A stretch of DNA of 64,000 nt from Octopus vulgaris. Its lineage: Eukaryota. The notes under the pieces are model-generated. The model was not told the DNA's origin. It saw only the letters and a list, made by a program, of their open reading frames with translations, and made no database searches. The translations under genes were made by a program, and so were the position numbers. Positions 1 through 14,471 of the stretch are shown here, piece by piece. The stretch lies in contig OX597819.1 of assembly GCA_951406725.2 (NCBI GenBank), forward strand, positions 105,834,001-105,898,000. The letters are read 5' to 3'. Position 1 is the stretch's first letter. Each line of letters opens with the position of its first letter.

Positions 1-219
1 ATATATGTATATACGTATATATATATATATACGTATGTATATATATATGTATGTATATATATATGTATATATATATATATATGTATATATGTATATACGT
101 ATATATATATATATACATATATACATGAATATATATATATGTATATATGTATATATATATATGTATGTATATATGTATATATATATATATATGTATGTAT
201 ATATGTATATATATATGTA

Positions 220-303
<84 letters not shown>

Positions 304-325
304 TACCTGCATACGTATGTATCTG
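1..325. repeat. Compound (TA)n/(TATG)n/(CA)n microsatellite
   Basis: Directly visible dinucleotide and tetranucleotide repeats; source of spurious YI-rich ORFs. Confidence 0.95.
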
Positions 326-928
326 ATATAAATATAATTTCTATAGGTATATATACATATGATTCAAAAACTAGAATATCTTGATAAGTAGAAAAATAAT
401 GTGTAAATATTTATTGTAGAATTAAATTTATTCTCAGTTAGTATTCAGAATAAAGCATTCACAGATGACACTATTGTTCACGTAATCGATTACTGATACT
501 TGAGACATGTTGTTTATTACAAACATATTGAAAACAAAACATAAAAGAAAATTGAAAAGAATATAAACCAAAATGATGTACATGTGAATAAAATAGACAA
601 AAAACGTTTATACATGAAACTGCTTTCATACAAACATTAGTATATGCGACAATAGCGGCGAAAAGGTACATGCATATACATGCACCTAGGAAGCACAGTT
701 ACTGCGACTTGTAGGAAAATACATTGCGTGATATATTTGATTTTTGGTAATCAAGAATATCGTCTACTTCCTGTATTTCAAATATTTTTTTTCAGTTGGT
801 GTTTAACTGTCTACTTGTCATCATATCTGTAAAAATGTGTCCGAGTATGTATCTGTTTATATCTATGTCTATTTGTTACTTTTTCATCGATTCATATATT
901 CATCTGTTAACTTATTTTTCAGTTTTTA

Positions 929-1389
929 CTTAACAACGAGAAAGCACACCAGCGTTGCCCGGGTGTTATAACCTACAGCCATATTTTATTATTTGTTCCT
1001 TTCTTATGGGCAGAATCGGCATACGAGGAGTATCCTGCAAGCAACTATTCTTTATAAACATGTTTTCCGATTATTTTCTGATGAATAATACCGAAATTTT
1101 TGACACCAAAAACATGTAAAATGGCAGCTTAGATTAGAAGGAAATCCTAACATTGCCCCCAAAATGATCTCAACATTGGGCGACCCAGCATCGTTTTGGT
1201 GTCATTTTTCGTAGTAAAATAGGGTTACTGTTAAAAAAACTTACTTTCTACTGGAAGCCGAAAGATTGCTCAATCGTTAGATATCTCATACAGCAATATT
1301 GGCCACTCAGTTTCCTGGCTACAAGTCGGGTAATACAGAAGCTGAAATAGTTCTTACCCGTCGCATAATATTTATTGATAAATGTGAAC

Positions 1390-1477
<88 letters not shown>

Positions 1478-2341
1478 CTTCCCCCAATGAAAAGTCGATG
1501 ATCAAAAGTATAATGGTTTTCTGCAAGCATATTTGTTATCAGTATATATCAATGATGAGGCCAACAGTAGAAAAAAGGGATTCTTTGGGCTGTTTATATA
1601 TGTACATATATAAGGATATGAGTTAAAAGGATTAGTGATGAGGGCAGTTCGACATAAATGTATAGGGACGCTGTGATTCATAAAACTAAATGGGTTATAC
1701 TGGTATGCAGATGTGGGGCAGTAGTAATGGAGCGATGTTGGCTTCATGGCTGCTGAACGGTGAAAGCGTAAGAAATGAAGTAATGTATATTCATAAGTTG
1801 CACGAGAAAAGTATGCAATCGAGACTTAGGGATGTAAAGAAACTGATGCCGAATGAAGACGTAGAAATATCCGTATTGGAGAAAATAAGGTACATGGAAA
1901 TAAAACTGATTCATTGTGACAAAAACCTATCTCTGTAATGTTTGAGCAAATTGCCTTCTTTAGCACATATTCAGTGAAGCTGACAACGCTTCGAAACAAT
2001 CGAAAAACAGTGGGTTGGGGGTATATTAAAAAAACCCAAAAAACATTGGATGATCGTATTAATCCCATTTGTGAAAATTCTTAAAAATAAAAACAAAAAC
2101 GCCGACCTTTTTTTTATATTTTGTAATTCGTGTTTGTGATAAGCGTATTTAAAAACCTGAATCTTCGATATAAGCTTAAAGGGAAGTTTTTTTCCAGAAA
2201 TTGTGCCGTTTAGCTGTTGGTTTTAGCATGTCGGACGTGACATTTGCGCCCCACTTTTTTTTTCCAAAATTTCTTTGGGTTCCTATGTTTTTGATATAAG
2301 AGATTGGGATTTGACCCCAGAAAACAAGTTTTAAAATTTTA

Positions 2342-2350
<9 letters not shown>
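929..2350 (-). mobile_element. Possible degenerate non-autonomous Helitron-like element (extent uncertain)
   Basis: CACCAGCGTTGCCCGGG (947-963) resembles the reverse complement of a Helitron 3' hairpin; the far end near TTTTAATATAT (~2345) is a guess. Confidence 0.3.
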
Positions 2351-2838
<488 letters not shown>

Positions 2839-3363
2839 GAATTCATCTAAATACACACATGTGAATGTGTATATGTGATAGTCTGGTTGAGATGAAATGC
2901 AAATATATATTTTATATTAATCAGAATATATTTAATTTTCATTGTGACTGTTGTATATAAGAAGATAGCTGAATTCTATTAACTTTCTTCAAACTACAGA
3001 TATTGTCTTCGTATCCAATGCCTTGTTAATAAATACGCTGAATATTAGTTAATATAAGCGGAAATCGTCGATCATCACCAACGAATAATAGTTCTACTAT
3101 GACGTTACATAAATCTTTCAAGCGATAAATGTCAATTTCATGTTAGATTTAACACGATCAAACTGTAATCAACCGAAGTGTCATGCAGATGTATCATAAT
3201 CACCTCACCAATGCATCAAAACCATAAATTTACTGAGTAAGTGACGGGAGATTTATCCAGCGTGATCGTATGATCTGCTAGAAATACTAACCAAATCTAA
3301 TCCCAAATTCCACTATCTCCTAATTTAATAATAACCGTAGTGTTTTCATATATTTGTATATAT

Positions 3364-3478
<115 letters not shown>

Positions 3479-3496
3479 CGTGTGTGTGTGTGTGTG

Positions 3497-4717
3497 TTAG
3501 GTTGGCAACTAAGTTCCTGCCGTTATTTTATATTTTGGAATTTATTGAGTTTTTTAAATTTTGGAATCTAGTGTCTTCAAGAATTCTATTTTTGAATCAT
3601 TTTGGAGTCTATTTTTTTCTAATTAATTTTGGTTAATTTTTTGTTTATTTTGAGATCATTAAAATGGAATGTCTTTTTGCGTTTAATCAAGGTTCTAAGG
3701 CCGCAAAAGCTGCTCGCGACATTTGTGCTGTGTATGAAGAGGATGCCATAGCTGAAATAACTGCTCGTGATTGGTATGCCAAGTTCAAAAATGGAAATTT
3801 TGATCTCAAAGCCGCACCTCGTTCTCGCCGTCCAGTTAAGTTCGATGAAGCGCGATAAAACCAACTTTTGCACGAAAATTATCGTCAAACAACGGAACTG
3901 GCAGAGAAAATGGAATGCTCCCACTGCTATAGAGAAGCATCTTCACCCGATAGGAGAAGTTCAGAAGTATGGAGCATGGATTCCGCATGCTTTAAGTGAC
4001 AACAACAAAAATCAACGAGCCACAATCTCCGCTGGTTTGCTTGCTCGTCACCGCTCAACTCATGGACACAAGCAACGATTTCTTTACCGAATCGTTACTG
4101 GCAACGAAAAATGGTGCCTGTACATCAATATGAAGCAGCGTAAGGAATGGCTTAGCCCCGGTAAACAAGCGACACCGCACGTGAAACAAGATCTTCACCC
4201 GCGTAAAACGATGTTGTGCGTATGGTGGGACTGGGAAGGGATTATCCATTACGAATTGCTTGAGCGGAACCAAACGGTCAACACGGAACTCTATGTTCAA
4301 CAGATGGAACGACTCAACACGGCTATTCAAGAGAAAAGACCTAATCGGCAGCATGGAATTCTTCTGCTGCCCAACAATACCCGCCCTCATATCGCCAATA
4401 TGACCAGGGAAGCCATTCAAACGCATGGCCAGGAAGTGCCGCCACACTCGCTGTACACTCCTGATTTGGCACCAACGGATTTCCACCTCTTTCGATCTGT
4501 TTTAAATGGTATGCGCAGAATTTCTTTTAATACTGATGCAGAATTGAGAGCTTCGTTGGATCAATTTTTCGAGTCGAAATCGGGTGAATTCTACCAACGA
4601 TGTTATTGAAAATCTTGTTGAACGTTGGGAAGAAGTTGTAAACAACAAGGGTGAATACATTATTGATTAATTAGTTGTTATTAAAACTTTTAAAAAATAT
4701 TAAAAAAAACGGCGTAA
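3497..4717 (+). mobile_element. Mariner (DD34D) DNA transposon, defective
   Basis: Left TIR TTAGGTTGGCAACTAAGTTCCTGCCGTT; right end AACGGC-G-TAA-TA is the same TIR with an internal deletion; ~1.2 kb with an internal transposase. Confidence 0.92.
3664..4670 (+). pseudogene. Mariner transposase pseudogene
   Basis: HTH segment (AARDICAVY...WYAKFKNGNFDL...PRSRRP), WIPHAL, RIVTGNEKW, MLCVWWD, LPNNTRPH, YTPDLAPTDFHLF; internal stop, frameshift and two catalytic Asp>Asn changes. Confidence 0.92.
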
Positions 4718-4929
4718 TACACACACACATATAAATAAATAAATAAATATATATATAAATGCGTAACGATTACTGCGAGTATGACATTCATTACAAGTCT
4801 CCTTGATCAAGCTTGATTAGGAGCTCAGCACACAAATTCTCATGTAGTGACTCCTGAAAAACGAAAGGTTGCCCTACTTGTTCGAAATAGCAGACGAACC
4901 ATTGGTAAATATAGCCCTACAGCCTTAAA

Positions 4930-4930
<1 letters not shown>

Positions 4931-4979
<49 letters not shown>
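4931..4979. repeat. (CTA)n trinucleotide microsatellite
   Basis: Directly visible. Confidence 0.95.
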
Positions 4980-5755
4980 ACGTATATATATGAATGTATG
5001 TACGTTCACATATGTGAGTGAATATGTGCAAAGATATATAAATTTTACACTATTCTGTGTGAGTTAGACTTTCAACCCAACATATATCAGTAAGGACATA
5101 AATAGTAAAAATTGTAAGGATATATGTAAAAAGTGTATTTTTGTGTATATATAAATAGTTATATGTATCATATTAAAACCATATGCAATAACCTGTAGGA
5201 GGGTGTATGAAAGAATATGTATACGGGTTAGTGGTGGTGAAGATACCTATTAATATATTTTCCTAGTCGTTTCAAAAAAGAATACAAAAACTAGATGGTA
5301 ACAAATTAGCTTTGAATAGAAGTTTGTTCGAGCGTAAAATGGAGGTAGTCGTTCTGTCGCGAATGACAGAGTGTAATTTAGATTATTCAAAAATATAAAG
5401 AAACAGTTGATAAGTACAGAAATGGTCTGCCTTCATCACTTTAAACATTTTATTATTTCCAAACGCTTAATTTTATTTTTCATTTTGTTTTGCATTTTCT
5501 TTTTTAAGACCTGAAAATGAAGAAAGAATTGCAATTTATAGTCAACCTGACCTCTTTTCTTTTGCCTATTTGTTTCTGTATTTCATATTTTGATAATAAT
5601 TGTATTTCGTCTGCCATTATATCTATGAGTTTAGTTTTTATTTTGTGAGCTGCAGAAAATAACACACTACTTCAGGCAGTTATTCTCACACTGAGTGAAA
5701 TGAAAATAGAATCTAACAAAGGACTTATTTAAACAATCACCTGAGGATGGATGGT

Positions 5756-5829
<74 letters not shown>

Positions 5830-5832
<3 letters not shown>

Positions 5833-6015
5833 TTTCTTTGCTTCAGTCATTAGACTTCGGCCATGCTGGAGCACCTCCTTTAGTCGAGCAAATCGACCGA
5901 CCTCAGGACTTATTCTTTACAAGCCTAGTACTTATTCTATCGGTCTCTTTTGCTTACGGGGACGTAAACACACCAGTATTGGTTGTCAAAGGACGGTGGG
6001 GACAGACACACAAAC
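5830..6015 (-). mobile_element. SINE family A, 3' part
   Basis: Matches 32685-33098 and 60762-61165 (CAGTCATT...CGGCCATGCTGGAGCACC...CTTATTCTATCGGTCTCTTTTGC). Confidence 0.85.
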
Positions 6016-6026
6016 ATATACACACC

Positions 6027-6077
<51 letters not shown>

Positions 6078-6694
6078 ACACATACACAAACACACAAACA
6101 CACACACATATAATACCATACACGATTCTAAGAAGAATCGTGTGTAAACGTCGCTGAAAATTTCTTAGAAGACATGGCAGAAATTATTATTGACAGATTT
6201 CGAAACTCAAGTCGACATTTCACAAGACACGCAAGAATACCTAAACACAACAATAGTCAATAGATAGACACATTATACATATCCTATCTACACATCCTTA
6301 TAAAAGAATACTAAGACCGGTAATGTGCATACTGCTCTCATCATGGTATGATTTAATAATTAAATAGTTATGCACAACACAACGTGTATTACAAATGAGG
6401 AATTCATCTAGACAATTCTGTTCAGTTCTTTTTTGTGTGTAATTTAGATAGTGATTTGTTTTAAATTCTCTTGGTCGTCAGATGCACGGAGCGTATTTGT
6501 CTTCTTATCAATGGCTAGCAAACCGGTAAAAAAAGGCAGGATGATATCCTTCATTTTCCCTTTGTGTGCCATGAGAATAACAACCTGTCTATATCTAGTT
6601 ATTGTTTAAGAAACTATTATTTAAGAATACTGCATATTACTAACTTTATATATGTATGTATACATGCACACACACACACAAACACACACACAAA

Positions 6695-6745
<51 letters not shown>

Positions 6746-7772
6746 ACTTGAAATAGTAGAGATTAATATTTTATCTTGGTCTCTTACTAATCTGAGTTTC
6801 GCCAGTGGGTGCACCGGGTCTTCAGCCACGTTCCCCGCTCCTCACACACAAACACCACACACACACAAACACACACACACCACACACATACACAAACACC
6901 ACACACAAACATCACACACACACACACACACAAATACATACATGAAACCAACTATATTATAGCATCTGATATATTCTAATAAAACTACACACACGCGCGT
7001 TCGCACACGCCGCACACATATATAAAAAAACTGTAGTTCAACGACTAAGACCGGTAAAAGAATAGAAAAACAAAATGAAAATATCTAAAGGAGTACTGAA
7101 TAAATTATCTTAATATCAAACTTGGTTCTAGAAATAGCTTAGTTGTCGGGATTGAAACGAAAAATATTGACATTTGAAAGGATAAAGATTTAGCATCACA
7201 CCACTTATAAATATATACAAAAGAAACATGTATTTCTATATGCTGGAGACATTTTACATTGTATGCCATCAATACTATAATAATCAATTCTGTATTTTAC
7301 CTCAAGCGCCAAAAATGACATTACAATAAATAATCAAATCTAACGTGCTCTGTTTACAAGCCAGCTGCAAGTTGTTGAGATCAATTACACAATGAAAACA
7401 AACAATACTGTTAAAGCCTTTTGCAAGCATAACCGTGTGGTTAAGAATTGCATTTCGTAACCGTGTCTTTTTGTGATCAATAATTTTGTGTGATACTTGG
7501 GCAATTGTTATCGTCCATGATCTGATGCTGACAAATGCCGTGTGATAGAAATATGGTAGACTGATACTGAGAGAAAACGCATTACGTATGTATGAATGTA
7601 TGTATGTATGTAGATACATATACATATATATGTAAATATATATGTATATATGCATGTACATGTATACACTTCTACACACACAACATATATACATGTATAT
7701 ATGGATATATATGTATATATATGCATGGATATATATATATATGTTTATAATTAATTGTAAACATATGCATTT

Positions 7773-7858
<86 letters not shown>

Positions 7859-7999
7859 GTGTGTGTGTGTGTATGTGTGTGTGTATGTGTGTGTGCTTTT
7901 GCGTGTGTTTTATGAGAACAGAAAGCAAAACATCTGAATGATATTTCAGTTATTTCCTTTATCTGTACAGACGTTTCATTTACTTAACTTTTCTTTTCT

Positions 8000-8380
8000 T
8001 TTCCTAGTTTCAGTCATTTGGAGCACCAGCTTTAGTCGAACAAATCATTCGTAGGACTTATTCTATCGGAACCTTTAGCCGAACCGCTAAGTTACAGGGA
8101 CGTAAACGCACCAACATCGGTTGTCAAACGATGGTGGTGGAGGGACAAACACAGACACACAAATACACACACACACACACACACATGTATATATATATAC
8201 ATATATATGTATATATACGACGGGCTTCTTTCAGTTTCCGGCTACCAAACCCACTCACAAGGTTTTGGTCGGCCCGAGGCTATAGTAGTAGACACCTACC
8301 CAAGGTGCCACTTGTGGGACCGAACCCGGAAACACGGTTGGGAAGCAAGCTTTTTTTACCATACAGCCACACCTGTGCCT
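8000..8380 (-). mobile_element. SINE family A, near full length
   Basis: Same sequence family; tRNA-like head on the minus strand at ~8310-8380. Confidence 0.85.
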
Positions 8381-8879
8381 ATAACTACGAGCATTATACA
8401 TTTTCTAAGTATTACAAAATACATAATATATATTAATATGGCTAAATTAATTATACATTAAATAGGTATTAATTTTGTACTATCAGATTAATGGGGTTTG
8501 AACTTAAGACAGTGAAAAATCTGTGGAGGACTCTATATATATGTATATAGGAGTAAATGTAAGGATAAGCAAGTTAAGTATGTCAATATTACAATAACTA
8601 TTGAATACATTTAATACAAAAAAAAAATGGATACATATACACTGAATGGAAATGATATCTCCCTTAATTTCTAACATCATTTCCATTCTGCGTAACTCTG
8701 ATTTTTTTTTAATATGTATACATTTGTACATTTTTTGTATTAAATGTATTTAATACTTTTTGTATATCGACTTGCCTAATTTGTTTTTTCTTACATTCAC
8801 TTCTCTACTTGCTCAAGTTCCAATCTCTCGAGCACTACGAAGCGTATTCTGTACAGAGAATACCCGTCTCTCACCGAAA

Positions 8880-9155
<276 letters not shown>

Positions 9156-9665
9156 TCTCTATATATAAAACTCTAGTTGTGTGAGTGTCTGTCCCCTTCG
9201 ATTTAGATTCCTAACTCCTCCCACATTTTGCGGTGCAGTTTAACCAAATTCGGGTATCTTATAGTCGAGATTCATATCGAGCCCGTCTGGCTATTAGCGC
9301 GCGTCAACGATGAGTCTACGATTTTAAAAATAATTTAACATCATTTTTTATTCCATTTTAATGCATAATTTTTCGTGTGTCGATGGCGGCGGTGTTAGCG
9401 TCCACGCTCACAGCTGCACCTGTTTGCTTCTTCCCCTTCCCTCCCTCGTGAAGCTGTGGGGAAGGGAGTGTAAAGAAATCAACGTCGTAAAGCGTTGTCA
9501 AGGAGACCAGCGTTCTTTTAGAACAACGACTTCATGGCTTGAAGACACCAAAACAGAAATGGCTAAAAAAGCCCGAATTGGCATCTATAAGGGAAGTAAC
9601 TCTCTAAAAATGCTTATATAGTTATTTCTCTTACAAACCCGAGCAAAGCCGGGCGATACTGCCAG
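9156..9665 (+). mobile_element. Non-autonomous Helitron
   Basis: 5' TC...TATATATAAAA start; subterminal hairpin CCCGAGCAAAGCCGGG (9638-9653), then CCAG (CTAG variant) followed by T. Confidence 0.75.
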
Positions 9666-9745
9666 TATATATATATATATATCTATCTATATATCTATTT
9701 ATCTCTATATATATATATCTATCTATATCTATATATCTATTTATC

Positions 9746-9798
<53 letters not shown>

Positions 9799-9828
9799 AT
9801 ATATATATATACATACATACATACATGC

Positions 9829-9869
<41 letters not shown>

Positions 9870-10795
9870 CTTACAGCCATACACCCACAATACTCTTACT
9901 CTGTTTAGACCGTCTCCTCCTTATCATTCTCACACACACACATATAAGTTCATAACTCATACGAGAACTGTCGGAAGTGGGAAGATCTATTATTATAGAT
10001 AATAGTGTTTAGGAAGAGTCTCTTTGTAGCCGACATATTGGAAAGACGTTAGGCTGTAAATAACATCATTGGATCATAGGATGCATGTATCTCGGCCTAT
10101 GTTTGCGCCGTCAGGTACCAACGCCAAATCTGATCTTCACAATCCGTAACAACAATTCGTTCATATTAGAACAGCAAATGGTATAATTGCTGATGTACCT
10201 AAGTCTTCGTAACTAGAATTAAATAAAACTGCACGAAGCACCGTTGAATAAAATACATTCGTGTAATATAATTTTTAATACATTCGCGTATAGTTGAACG
10301 TAAGAAGTCCTGTAGTTGCAGTTTTATTGAAGAATTGTTCTTACGGCTATCCGAAGAGCAGATTTAGTTCTCAAAGATGACGAAGCGAAAGCAGGCAGAA
10401 ACTAATGCATTCTACAATCCATTGACATCACTTATAGTCCAGTGTGTTTTCACACAAGTTGTCGAAGGAGAATTTTCTCCTTAAGTTAATTCACATGTGC
10501 AAATGTACTCAAACTCGTTAAATATAATTTTATACGAATAAATCTTATTCAACGCTAGTTTTGTGCGATTCTATTTATGTAATTCTAGCATGATTGAGCT
10601 TTAAGTAGATCAGCAAACGTCCTGTTCTCATAAGAACAAAGCTTTCTTATCGGGCTGGGAAAAGCTGGTTTGCTGCACGTAGCTGAAGATGCAAAAGTAT
10701 GCGTACGTTTCCTCAAGATCGAATGATTTTACAGGAATATATATTATCCAACACTGCTTTTTGCAACATATTACATGCACAGACACAGACACACA

Positions 10796-10830
<35 letters not shown>

Positions 10831-10955
10831 TTCAAGATTCTTTCTACGAGACAACGAAAATTTAAGTCGCACAGAGCTGGGTCAAACTGTTATTAAATAA
10901 TATATCTAACTCCAAAAAATGCGTCTAGTCCACATCTTTCGTTTGTCCACTAACT

Positions 10956-11000
<45 letters not shown>

Positions 11001-11848
11001 GTGTGTGTGTGTCTGTCTGTCTGTCTGTGTGTGTGTGTAGGGAAAAGCAAAGAGAAGAAAATGGAGAGTAAATGGATGTAATTACTGATTTAATTGTAGA
11101 AAGATGGCGTCTTTTAAAAAGAACATTGCAAATAAAAAAAACTAGAAGTTGAAAGCTCAAAAAAGTTAAGAAAACGCAAGAGGAACCTACACACGTGTTT
11201 CTGTCAAACCAATAATTTGATAGGAATCTCCTAAACATGTTGTTTAATGTCAAGGAAATTACCATGCTTGTCATGAATCACATCGGCTACCTTTTAAGAT
11301 AATTTCCATCCATCCTACACCATATTAATTTTGTTTCAATATCCCAGTACTTCATTCATCATTTTATCTTTCCATTTATTTATTCAATTCTAAATTCATA
11401 GATAAAAGTGATACGTTCCTCATGAAGTCCGGTGCATGTGTCATATGGTTCATCTTTTTTGACATGCTAAATAATTATATACGTGCATCTATGAATTTTA
11501 AAAAAAATCTCTGTTTTTACTTGTTTGTTTTCCTATGATGCATGTTACGATCCAAATTTTTCTATACGGAGCACACGTGAAACACCCTTAGACATTATTT
11601 ATATTCACTACATTAACAATTCACAACTTGCAATCCCCTTTTTATTTCTGGACCCAACACATTTTTATTAAAAAATTGTCTAATGAAAATCCTAATTGGT
11701 TGCGTACGTAATAGACCTTAACTTTCGTTATTTTATACATCCAAAAAGCCTGTGCGCACCGACATTTTGTTTTTACAAAATATAAGTAATCTAATCACTG
11801 TTTTCTTCTCCATATTATTCTTAATTTTCCTTCTCTATCGTTTTTTTA

Positions 11849-11960
11849 GAGGAAGATATCTGCTGAAAATATCTTCCTTATACTCTAAGGAAGGTATCTG
11901 CTGAACGTATCTTCCTTATACTACAAGGAAGATATCTGCAGAACATATCTTCCTTATACT
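11849..11960. repeat. 3 x 38-bp tandem repeat of a palindromic unit
   Basis: Unit AAGGAAGATAT-CTGCTGAAC-ATATCTTCCTT-ATACTCT; GGAAG starts at 11851, 11889 and 11927. Confidence 0.9.
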
Positions 11961-12412
11961 AATTTCTTAACGGGAACCTCAATATATCCTCATCCTATTT
12001 TCTTACTGTTTAGCGCTATTAACATAACATCTATTTCTATTTCTATGAGACCCGCGTACAACAAACTTAAATATAAGTAATTTATTAACAACCGTATTCT
12101 TCTTGTTTCCTCTATCTTTGGTTAATCTGTCCTCCACAGGTCTTCCTACATTTAGTATTACTAGTATCAAACCAAATATGATTTTTAAGCATCTACTATT
12201 TCACTTAGCCTCAGAATCTACCTGTAAATTAAATACCTATTAGGACCCCCCCTCCTTGTTTTCCCTATAAACCCCCTTTCCGCTATATTTTGTCCATTTT
12301 TTGTATTTTCTGTATCCATATCCCTACGCCTGCATATACTTTTTTTTATATGTGCATACATGTGTTTATGTTTCTGGTTTATGTTTATGTATACGCATAC
12401 ATCTATGTGCTC

Positions 12413-12455
<43 letters not shown>

Positions 12456-12890
12456 TTTTACTTTCTGCATGTATATCCTCAATTAGAATACGTATGAGCC
12501 ACTATAGACTTGACATTTCCTATCCTATTCTCGTTAACCTCTCAACTGCGTTCAAATATGCACCTACATACTTTAATCAATAACGGTCGATAAGTAAGAC
12601 CCATTACAACGGCTTTTTTTCATATTTCTATCCATCCTGAATCATGGCAACATAGGTATCTCTCACTAAACCAATAAGAATCATCCATAAAATACTTTAA
12701 ATTTGTTGTAAATTACATTATTTTTTATATTTTCGTTCTTATTTCACTTTATTTCATGTCTCAATGTTCTAACTGTCACCATTTCAATTTATTATAATAT
12801 AATCATATTTGTTACTTTTGCATACTTTTAACTTTAACCTGCTAACATTACACCCTTCTCTCAAAAGATACTACCGTCACCTTAAGTGCA

Positions 12891-12957
<67 letters not shown>

Positions 12958-12959
12958 TG

Positions 12960-13125
12960 TGTTCCCTTCTGTTAAAGTGCGCAAGCTCGAAACGTAAAAG
13001 ATATTCACACTTCCCCGAGCGTTAAACAAATACACCTGTTTGTTGTTTATATATCTGACTTTTTTATATATCTGCCTTTATATACCTAACTTCGTCTTTT
13101 GTTTTTCTGTAAATTTCAACTATAC
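12960..13125 (+). mobile_element. PLE pseudo-LTR fragment (family P1) with degenerate hammerhead at 12965-13000
   Basis: CTT-CTGTTAA-A-GTGCGCAAGCTC-GAAAC-GTA-AAAG followed by the CCGAGCGTTAAAC...TACACCTG...GTAAATTTCAACTATA tail; abuts (TA)n. Confidence 0.7.
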
Positions 13126-13279
13126 ATTGCACGCGCACGTGTTCGCACCAGTCTTATCCTGCTTTAACCTCCTACACTTCGGACTTCTATCTGAACTTTT
13201 GCTTTTTCCTATTGTTTTTTCTTACTCTACTTTTTTTCTTAATCTGTTTTGTCTCTCCCTCTCCCTTTCTTTTTCCTTT

Positions 13280-13420
13280 TCGACCCTTCTTCTTCTTCTT
13301 CTTCTTCTCCTTTTTCTCCTCCTCCTTCTCCCCCTCCTCCTCCTCCTCCTCTTCATCCTCCTCCTCCTTCTCCTCCTCTTTTTCTCTCCATTTCTTTCTT
13401 TTTTCTTCTTTCTCTTCTTA
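13280..13420. repeat. Polypyrimidine (CTT)n/(CCT)n tract
   Basis: Directly visible; explains the poly-L, poly-S and poly-R ORFs. Confidence 0.9.
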
Positions 13421-13691
13421 TTTAAAAAAAAATTTCTTCTGCCTTTTGTATTTTTTCTCACGCCTTTTGCATTTTTTCTCCTCACGCCTTTTGAATCTTT
13501 CTCCTCACGCCTTTTGAATTTCTTTTCATGTTTTATACTTCGTACGTCATTACTTTGCCTTTCTCTCTCCACTTTTCTCCTTTTTGAATCCTGCTCGATT
13601 ACAAACCTTTCCTCCTCCACCTTCACCACCGCCTTAAAAAACCTTTCCACATCTCCTTTCCACTGATTTCAGCCTTCATTCCCTATTAATT

Positions 13692-13800
13692 AAAAACGTA
13701 AAAATCTTTCTCACCATTCCTGAGCGTTAAACTAATACACCTGTTTGTTGTTCATACACCTGTCTTCGTATTTTATTTTTCTGTAAATTCCAACTATATA
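13692..13800 (+). mobile_element. PLE pseudo-LTR fragment (family P1), 3' part
   Basis: AAACGTAAAA...CCTGAGCGTTAAACTAATACACCTG...GTAAATTCCAACTATA matches 12990-13125. Confidence 0.7.
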
Positions 13801-13852
13801 TATAGGAGAGTATTGTAGTTAGCTTGAAGTATTGTGTATTGTTTGTGAAATA

Positions 13853-14471
13853 TAGCGTGTCTTGAATGGCAAAACAGTGCAGAGTGGACTATAATATCTA
13901 CTATAATTTAATTATCCATTGTCTGATATAATATTTCGGAATATAAAATTTCCTTCTTCAGATATCGCTAGGAATTGATCAAGTTACTGCTATAATCGGT
14001 TTTCTAACGGTTACTAAATTGTTTTTCCGGAAGCGCCTCTGCAGTGGTCTCACGAAGCTCCTTCCGGTATTCCTCATGAAAAGTGCGTGAAGGCGGCCAT
14101 ATTTCAAGCTTGTGTGTGTTGGTCCATCCACAGCGCTGCAAGTTATGAATTATACGAGCATTTTTTTTATATATTGCATAACTTGGATGCAGCGATACGG
14201 ATGTGCCAACACACATGAGATTGAGACATGGCCTCCCTCACACACTTCCCATAAGAATTCCGGAAGGAGATTCGTGAGACCACTAGAGAGATGCTTCAGG
14301 AAAAAAAATTCAGTAACCGTTGGAAAACCGATTATAGCAGTAACTTGATAATTCCTAGCGATATCTGAAGAAGAAATTTTTATATTCCAAAATATTATCA
14401 TATCAGATTATGGATAACTAATTTATATATTATAGAACATTCTGCATTTTTGTGGCATTCAAGACACGTTA
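13853..14471. mobile_element. ~620-bp imperfect palindrome (probable inverted PLE pseudo-LTR pair) with a hammerhead relic in each arm
   Basis: Arms are reverse complements (e.g. CAAGTTACTGCTATAATCGGTTTTC vs GAAAACCGATTATAGCAGTAACTTG); CTGAAGA-stem II-(G)AAA motifs at 13925-13966 (-) and 14360-14404 (+). Confidence 0.75.

Noticed and set aside
1072-1105. CTGATGA...GAAA hammerhead-like motif
   Set aside because: The intervening ATAATACC cannot form stem II, and there is no convincing stem I or III.
11849-11960. CRISPR-like palindromic repeats
   Set aside because: Linkers are only 7 nt and nearly identical, there are no unique spacers or cas genes, and the context is eukaryotic.
13040-13666. 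208-aa hydrophobic ORF and 142-aa Arg/Lys-rich antisense ORF
   Set aside because: Products of a polypyrimidine/trinucleotide tract.
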